From Burkholderiaceae bacterium (GTDB lineage: Bacteria; Pseudomonadota; Gammaproteobacteria; Burkholderiales; Burkholderiaceae_D), in the NCBI GenBank assembly GCA_036384915.1, contig DASVLJ010000042.1, positions 33,013 to 97,012 of the forward strand: a stretch of DNA of 64,000 nt, given 5' to 3'. Below the pieces are notes generated by a model. It did no database searches. It was not told the origin of the DNA and saw nothing but the letters and a program-made list of their open reading frames with translations. Positions 57,803-64,000 of the stretch are shown in pieces. Within the stretch, counting starts at the first letter, position 1. Each line of letters begins with the position of its first letter. The position numbers were made by a program, and so were the translations under genes.

Positions 57803-60121
57803 ATGCCAATCAAACAGGGGCAATCTGCAGCTGTTGCAGTCGCTACACTCGTCACGTTCATCGCATGCGGTCTTGCCGGCTGCGGCGCCGGTTCTCCTTC
57901 CGATAGTCACCCGTCTTCAAGCCAGGCCCGGCAATTGACGCGTTCGGTCAAGCAGGCGGCGTCGGACTACCAAAACGTCACGCAGGCCCTGTATGTGGCC
58001 TATTTCGGGCGCCCTGCGGACCCTCATGGCTTGGCGAATTTCGAAACCGCCTTGATGAATGCCGGTGCGCCTGCCGATGTTGCCGGGCTCAGCAAGGCGT
58101 ATGCCGCCAATCCGGCCGTCAAATCGCTGATCGACAGCTTCGGCACCAGCCAGGAATCGGCCAAGCTGTATGGCAGCGGCAATTCCACCGCCTTCGTGAC
58201 GGCGATCTTCCAGAACGTGCTGGGACGCACACCGGCGGCGGACGGCTTGAGCTTCTGGAGCAATGCGATCGATGCTGGCACATTGAGCCAGGGCGACGTG
58301 GCGCTTGCGATCATGGCGGGCGCCTTGTCCAACCAGAGTACGCAGGGTTTGCTCGACGCGCAATTGATCAATAACCGCCTGACTGTCGCCGCCAATTTCA
58401 CGGCGGCGCTTTCGCGCCAGGACGTGCCCGACGCCTATAGCGGCGCTGTCGCAGCCCAGAGCGCCCGCACCATGCTTGCCGCGGTGACGGCGGGCACCGA
58501 TGCCGTCGCCTATCAGGCCACCGTGCAATCCACGATATCGAGCTTGATGGCCAGCGCCGGCATCAGTGCCGATCCGGTCGCCAGCTTGGCCCAGCAATGT
58601 GCCGCACCGCGCCCCGCCGGCACGATCGATCCCGAATCGAAGCTGCCTTATGGCGATACCCAGGGTAGCCTGGGCACGGAAATGTCCTGGATCGCCGCTT
58701 ACGTCAATGCTACCTATTTGTGGTACGCCGACGTGCCGGCGATGAGTTCGGCGTCCTACGCCATCGGCAATACTGTGAGCTACGTCAATCCATATGACGA
58801 CAGAAGCAGCACCAGGACGCTCCATACCAATTACGACGTGGTCGACGCCTATTTCAACACCCAGCGCACGCCTCTGTTTACCGCAACGGGCAAGCCCAAG
58901 GACCAGTTCCACTTCACTTACGTGACGAGCGACTGGGACAGCCTTTCGCGGTCAGGCGGCACGTCAGGCTTCGGGTTCGAGGTGGCCTTGCTTGCCGCCT
59001 ATCCGCCGCGTTCGGCCGTGCTTTCGCTGACGTATCCGGGAACGGCCGCCGCGCAAAACAACCTGCAGCGCGGCGCCAGGATACTGACGGTGAACGGCGT
59101 CGACCTCGCTTACGGCAACGATGTCGACACCTTGAATGAGGGTTTGTTCCGACCGGTCGTGGGCAAGACCTACACCTTCACCGTGCAGGATGAAGGCAGC
59201 AGCACGCCGCGTACGGTCAGCATGGCCGCCGCCAATATCACCCTGGTGCCGGTGCAGAATGCCGGCACGCTCCCTGCCCCATACCAGGACGTGGGCTACA
59301 TTTCGTTCACCGACCATATCGCGCCGGCGGAGAGCGAACTGATCGCGGCGGTCAACCAGCTCAAGGCGGCCAACGGCGGCGCCGGCATCAAGGACCTGGT
59401 GCTGGACTTGCGCTACAACGGCGGCGGCTACCTCGATATCGCCAGTGAACTCGACTACATGATCGCCGGTGCGGCGGCGACGCATGGCAAGGTTTTCGAG
59501 ACCGACCACTATAACGACAAGAACCCGTTCGGTTTCACGACGGCGCAAGAGACCGTGCCTTTCCATGACCTGACGCTGGGATTCTCGACAAGCTCGGGCC
59601 AGCCACTGCCCCAGCTGAACCTGTCCACGGTCTACGTGCTTACCGGCAGCAACACTTGTTCCGCCAGCGAAGCGATCATGAACGGCTTGCTCGGCATAGG
59701 CGTGCGCGTGGTGCAGATCGGCGCCACCACGTGCGGCAAGCCCTATGGCTTTTTCCCTCAGGACAATTGCGGCACCACCTACTTTGCGATCCAGTTCCAG
59801 GGCGAGAACAACCAGGGCTTCGGCAGTTACGCCGACGGCTTCATTCCCGGTGGCAGCGGCAGCGCGGCGAACAACCTGCCCGGCTGCACGGCGTCGGACG
59901 ACTTCTCGCACCAGTTGGGTGACCCGGGCGAAACCATGCTGGCCACCGCCTTGCAATACCGGGCTACAGGAAGCTGCCCGGCGGCCAGCTTGAAACGGGA
60001 GCAGCGTGAAGCCAAACCCGTCCTGGTGCGCTCGCCGGCACGCGAGAACAGGATATTACGCCGTCTGTCCGGCGGCGCGAAGAGCGGGCAGGCTTACCGC
60101 CAACAAGCGCCGGATGCATGA
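57803..60121 (+). CDS. lipoprotein with N-terminal DUF4214 repeats fused to an S41-family (C-terminal processing / tail-specific) peptidase domain
   Basis: Lipobox FIACGLAGC. DUF4214-like segments (ALYVAYFGRPADPHGLANF; IFQNVLGRTPAADGLSFW). S41 motif LVLDLRYNGGGYLDIASEL. Confidence 0.65.
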   Translation: MPIKQGQSAAVAVATLVTFIACGLAGCGAGSPSDSHPSSSQARQLTRSVKQAASDYQNVTQALYVAYFGRPADPHGLANFETALMNAGAPADVAGLSKAYAANPAVKSLIDSFGTSQESAKLYGSGNSTAFVTAIFQNVLGRTPAADGLSFWSNAIDAGTLSQGDVALAIMAGALSNQSTQGLLDAQLINNRLTVAANFTAALSRQDVPDAYSGAVAAQSARTMLAAVTAGTDAVAYQATVQSTISSLMASAGISADPVASLAQQCAAPRPAGTIDPESKLPYGDTQGSLGTEMSWIAAYVNATYLWYADVPAMSSASYAIGNTVSYVNPYDDRSSTRTLHTNYDVVDAYFNTQRTPLFTATGKPKDQFHFTYVTSDWDSLSRSGGTSGFGFEVALLAAYPPRSAVLSLTYPGTAAAQNNLQRGARILTVNGVDLAYGNDVDTLNEGLFRPVVGKTYTFTVQDEGSSTPRTVSMAAANITLVPVQNAGTLPAPYQDVGYISFTDHIAPAESELIAAVNQLKAANGGAGIKDLVLDLRYNGGGYLDIASELDYMIAGAAATHGKVFETDHYNDKNPFGFTTAQETVPFHDLTLGFSTSSGQPLPQLNLSTVYVLTGSNTCSASEAIMNGLLGIGVRVVQIGATTCGKPYGFFPQDNCGTTYFAIQFQGENNQGFGSYADGFIPGGSGSAANNLPGCTASDDFSHQLGDPGETMLATALQYRATGSCPAASLKREQREAKPVLVRSPARENRILRRLSGGAKSGQAYRQQAPDA

Positions 60122-60171
60122 GCAGCGCCCGCCGTCCGGCAAGGATGGCCGGCGTCGTCGTGAAGAGGGGA

Positions 60172-61089
60172 TCAGTAGATTTCCGGCACGATCATTTCAT
60201 CCGGTACCGGATGGCGCACGTAGTCTTCGTGGCGCTCGCGGTCGGGCAATTCGATGGCCGGGTGCTCGATCTCGGAGTAAGGCATCTGTTGCAACAAGTG
60301 GTTGATGCAATTCAGGCGCGCCTTCTTCTTGTCCACCGCCTGTACCACCCATCAGGGCGCTTCCTCGATATGGGTGCGGTCGAGCATGATTTCCTTGGCC
60401 TTGGTGTACTCTTCCCAGCGCCGGCGCGATTCGAGATCCATGGGTGAAAGCTTCCACTGCTTCAGCGGATCGTGGATGCGGCCGAGGAAGCGCAAGTGCT
60501 GCTCTTCGTCGGAAATCGAGAACCAGTATTTAATCAGCTGGATGCCGGAACGCACCAGCATGCGCTCGAATTCGGGCACGTCGCGGAAGAATTGCTCGTA
60601 TTGCTCCTCGGTGCAGAAATGCATCACACGCTCGACGCCGGCGCGGTTATACCAGCTGCGGTCGAACAGCACGATTTCGCCGGCGGCCGGGAGGTGCGAG
60701 ACGTAGCGCTGGAAATACCATTGCGTGCGTTCGCGGTCGTTCGGCGCCGGCAACGCTGCCACGCGGCAGACGCGCGGATTCAGGCGTTGCGTGATGCGCT
60801 TGATCACGCCGCCCTTGCCTGCCGCATCGCGGCCTTCGAACAGGATCACCACCTTGTGGCCGGTGTGCACCACCCAATCCTGCAGCTTGACCAGTTCCGC
60901 CTGCAGGCGGAACAGTTCGCGGAAATAAAGCCGGCGGGCATTCTTCTCCTCTTCGCTGCTATCGGCGGGCAGCTCGCCCGACAGCGCGTCGAGCGGGCGG
61001 TCTTCGAATTCGAGCTCGAGTTCTTCGTCATAGCTGTCGGCCAGATCGCGGTGGATGCGCGCGATCAATTCGCGGTCTTTGAGGTTCAT
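60172..61089 (-). pseudogene. polyphosphate kinase 2 (PPK2) family gene with an in-frame TGA at a conserved Trp codon
   Basis: Walker A FEGRDAAGKGG and PPK2 motifs. The ORF stops at TGA (60352..60354) within ...IEEAP*WVVQAVDKKKARLNCINHL..., where PPK2s normally have APWW/APWY. The same frame continues 60 codons to a TGA at 60172. Confidence 0.7.
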
Positions 61090-61098
61090 GCCGGATCC

Positions 61099-61383
61099 TT
61101 AAAACAAATGCGGGAACAGCAGCGAATAGCCGACCTTGGCCGCTTGCACCCAATCCACGCCGCTGATTCCGTCGCGGCCGTGCATCAAGGCATTGGCCAC
61201 GCTCACGCCGAGCAGGACATAGGGCCGCCAGGAAGTCGAAAGCGAGCTGGCACTGTCGACGTCGGTGGCCAGGCTCAAGCCAGTGAAGGCGACGCCAGCC
61301 ACGCGCCGCAAGAGGAAGACGATGGTCGCCACCGGATTCGGCTTGGCATCGATACGCGGTCGCGAGGCGGCGGTGGAATTCAT
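61099..61383 (-). CDS. small hypothetical membrane protein (94 aa)
   Basis: MNSTAASRPRIDAKPNPVATIVFLLRRVAGVAFTGLSLATDVD... has two predicted TM helices. Upstream of PPK2. Weak support. Confidence 0.35.
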   Translation of the reverse strand: MNSTAASRPRIDAKPNPVATIVFLLRRVAGVAFTGLSLATDVDSASSLSTSWRPYVLLGVSVANALMHGRDGISGVDWVQAAKVGYSLLFPHLF

Positions 61384-61788
61384 GGGCGACAGGCTCCGAT
61401 GGCGATGAATGGACCAAGAGGGAAATTGCCAAATGTACCCGTCAAATATGACAGTCATGTGACCCTTGGTTGCCGCATTGAAAAATGCTTTGAGGCAACA
61501 TAAACAACCCGTAAACATTGAAGGGGAAGCCGTAAACATTGCCTGGCGATGCCGGTATGGGGCTTGCATCCGGTCAAGACTGCGCCTAATCTGTCAGCAA
61601 CAAAACAAACGCCGCATCGCGTATGCGGCAATTACGTGAGTTCGCAACTCCAGTCGTTTTACCCGTCCGCAAATCGTCCCCCGCTGAAATCCCGTTGCGC
61701 CGCAATTCGGCGCGCCGGTCCCGTTCGTCTTGCGGGAATGAGGCGCGGACCAGGCACAAACCGCAAATAAGAAGGGAAGGTAATCATC

Positions 61789-63759
61789 ATGTTGAGCGAA
61801 GCATTCAGTCTGGTCTGGGTTCCCTATGTCCTGGACACTATCGTCGTCGTGCTGGTGCTGGCGATCATCGCCAAGATCACCGGCATGGTGCGCTATATTC
61901 CGAACGACCGCGTCGGCGTGGTCGAAAAACTCTGGAGCACCGGGGGCTCGGTCAAGAGCGGCTTGCTGGCCTTGCACGGCGAAGCCGGTTTCCAGCCCGA
62001 ACTGCGGCGCGGCGGCTTCCATTTCTTCCCGCCGCTTCAATACCGTGTGCACATCCGTGAAATGATCTCGGTCACGCAGGGCAAGATCGGCTACGTGTTC
62101 GCCCGTGACGGCGTCGACCTGCCCGTGGGCCAGACCCTGGCCGACAATGCCAAGGTGTCCGACTTCCTCGACGTGCGCGCCTTCCTCGAAGGCGGCGGAC
62201 AAAAGGGGCCTCAGCGCAAAATTCTGCGCGAAGGCACGCACGTGATCAACCCGGCCATGTTCGTCGTCATGACCGAGGAAGCCACCTATTCGCTTTCCCT
62301 CAATGCCAAGGAGGTCGAGTATTACGAACAGATGCGCGGCGTGCTGGTGGAACGCCTGGCTTTCCGCCCGGTGGTGATCAAGGAAGCCGACGGCGCGCAC
62401 GACTCGGACCAATTGGCCATCGTCACCGTGCAGGACGGCCCGGGCTTGCCCAAGGACGAGCTGCTGGCGCCGGACGTGGGCGACGCGCACAATTCCTACC
62501 AGGAACCGGAAAAATTCCTGGCTGCCGGCGGCAAGCGCGGGCGCCAGGAGCGGGTGCTGGTCGAAGGCACCTACTACATCAACCGCCTGTTCGCCACAGT
62601 CGAATTCATTCGCAAGACCATCATCCCGGTCGGCTACGTCGGCGTGGTGGTGTCCTACACCGGGCGCAAGGGCGACGACCTCTCGGGCAAGGAGTACAGC
62701 CATGGCGAGCTGGTCGAAGCCGGCTGCCGCGGCGTCTGGCGCGACCCGCTGATGCCGGGCAAGTATGCCTTCAATACCTATGCCGGCAAGATCGAGCTGG
62801 TGCCGACGACCAACTTCGTGCTGATGTGGAAGTCGGGCGAAAGCGGTTCGAACTTCGACTCGAATCTGCGCGAAATCACCTTGATCACCAAGGATGCGTT
62901 CGAACCGCAACTGCCGCTTTCGGTAGTGGTGCACATCGACTATCGCAAGGCGCCGATGGTGGTGCAGCGTTTCGGCAACGTGAAGCAACTGGTGGAACAG
63001 ACGCTCGACCCGATGGTCTCGTCCTATTTCAAGAACGTGTCGCAGACCAAGACCTTCATCGAGCTGATCCAGTCGCGTAGCGAATTGCAGGAAAACGCCT
63101 CGGAAGACATGAAGGCGCGCTTCCAGATGTATTCGCTGGAATTCCAGGAAGTCTTGATCGGCACACCGAAGCCGCAGCAAGGCGATACCAAGATCGACAA
63201 CATCATGGCCCAGCTGCGCGACCGCCAGATCGCGCGCGAGCAGGTCGAGACCTTCGCGCAAAAGCAGATCGCGGCCGACAAGGAACGCGAGTTGAACGAA
63301 GCCGAGCAGCGCGCCGCCAAGCAAAAGGAATTGACCGGTTCGCTGGTCGATATCTCGATCAAGGAAAACATGGGCGCCGCCAGTGTCAAAGCCGCTGAGA
63401 AGAAACGCCAGGAAATCGAGGCGCTGGCCCAAGCCGAAAAGTTCCGCCAGGAAGTCGAAGGTGCGGGCCGCGCCTCGGCGATCCGCTCGGTCGGCGAGGC
63501 GGAAGCCGCCGCGATCAAGGCCAAATCCGAAGCGCTCGAAGGCGAAGGTGCCGACAAGCAATTGATGCAAACCGTGATGCTGCGCCTGGCCGAAGCCTTT
63601 GAAGCGGCCCGCGTGCCGCTCGTGCCGCAGATCCAGCTGGGCGGCGGCAGTGAAGGCAATGCCTTCTCGACGCTGATATCGCTGATGAGTTCCTTGAAAG
63701 CCGAAGAATTGGCAAACAGCCTGGCCAACCCGGCCAAGCGCGCGAATCAAGAGGCTTGA
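61789..63759 (+). CDS. flotillin-family protein (SPFH domain plus long coiled-coil / EA repeats)
   Basis: 656 aa. N-terminal TM VLDTIVVVLVLAIIAKI, SPFH core, and a C-terminal Ala/Glu-rich coiled coil (AEQRAAKQKEL...AEKKRQEIEALAQAEKFRQEVEGAG). The 718-aa minus-strand ORF opposite is antisense artefact. Confidence 0.8.
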   Translation: MLSEAFSLVWVPYVLDTIVVVLVLAIIAKITGMVRYIPNDRVGVVEKLWSTGGSVKSGLLALHGEAGFQPELRRGGFHFFPPLQYRVHIREMISVTQGKIGYVFARDGVDLPVGQTLADNAKVSDFLDVRAFLEGGGQKGPQRKILREGTHVINPAMFVVMTEEATYSLSLNAKEVEYYEQMRGVLVERLAFRPVVIKEADGAHDSDQLAIVTVQDGPGLPKDELLAPDVGDAHNSYQEPEKFLAAGGKRGRQERVLVEGTYYINRLFATVEFIRKTIIPVGYVGVVVSYTGRKGDDLSGKEYSHGELVEAGCRGVWRDPLMPGKYAFNTYAGKIELVPTTNFVLMWKSGESGSNFDSNLREITLITKDAFEPQLPLSVVVHIDYRKAPMVVQRFGNVKQLVEQTLDPMVSSYFKNVSQTKTFIELIQSRSELQENASEDMKARFQMYSLEFQEVLIGTPKPQQGDTKIDNIMAQLRDRQIAREQVETFAQKQIAADKERELNEAEQRAAKQKELTGSLVDISIKENMGAASVKAAEKKRQEIEALAQAEKFRQEVEGAGRASAIRSVGEAEAAAIKAKSEALEGEGADKQLMQTVMLRLAEAFEAARVPLVPQIQLGGGSEGNAFSTLISLMSSLKAEELANSLANPAKRANQEA

Positions 63760-63780
63760 ACGGCGGCGAAACGTGGAGGT

Positions 63781-63805
63781 GCCGGAGCATGCTCCGGCGC
63801 TTTCT
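63781..63805 (+). terminator. candidate Rho-independent terminator after the flotillin gene
   Basis: GCCGGAGC-AT-GCTCCGGC hairpin followed by GCTTTCT. Confidence 0.4.
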
Positions 63806-64000
63806 CATGAATAAGCGGATGAGTCCGGGTTACCGGGAGGTATGGCGCAGCCGCTTGCGCTAGGGAAACGCTGATTTATTCACCGGCCCCTCGATTGGGC
63901 GCAGCATAGCTGGCACAATAGCACGTCCCCTTTGCCGATACCGATAAAAATGAAGCAATCGAGTTTTTCCGCAGCAGAGTTCGCAGGCAAGAAGAAGCAG

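Noticed and set aside
61594-63750. 718-aa minus-strand ORF
   Set aside because: Antisense to the flotillin gene, which has a clear TM, SPFH and coiled-coil architecture on the plus strand.

Overview
High-GC betaproteobacterial chromosome segment (Oxalobacteraceae-like codon usage and gene content). The core backbone contains, in order: ethanolamine ammonia-lyase eutBC; a LexA-box-preceded operon of a FAN1-like VRR-NUC nuclease translationally coupled to a Cas4-like-nuclease/XPD-family helicase fusion; a complete RNA-repair locus (divergent sigma54 regulator rtcR, a sigma54 promoter, the Ro60 gene rsr, a tandem array of Y-RNA-like modules, rtcB, rtcA and a second rtcB); a Rieske oxygenase; an MBOAT/AlgX-J-like O-acetylation pair; katG; a dGTPase-like gene; a FUSC transporter; an RND efflux operon; an EmrRAB-type MFS efflux operon; SPFH/flotillin proteins; a two-component system; a DUF4214-S41 peptidase; and a PPK2 with an in-frame TGA. 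Two independent mobile insertions sit side by side in a low-GC stretch (about 8.6-15.5 kb). (1) A vsr / C5-cytosine methyltransferase / restriction endonuclease unit is inserted at the 3' end of the helicase gene and is flanked by a 164-bp direct duplication of that 3' end, the signature of insertion with long target duplication. (2) A 3.7-kb IS1-family transporter IS with about 30-bp terminal inverted repeats and an 8-bp target duplication (CGATTTCG) splits a gene for a secreted protein. Its passenger genes include a Panacea-domain antitoxin directly abutting an uncharacterised 98-aa putative toxin, plus two further unknown proteins. The window also holds a repeated REP/MITE-like hairpin element and several candidate regulatory palindromes.
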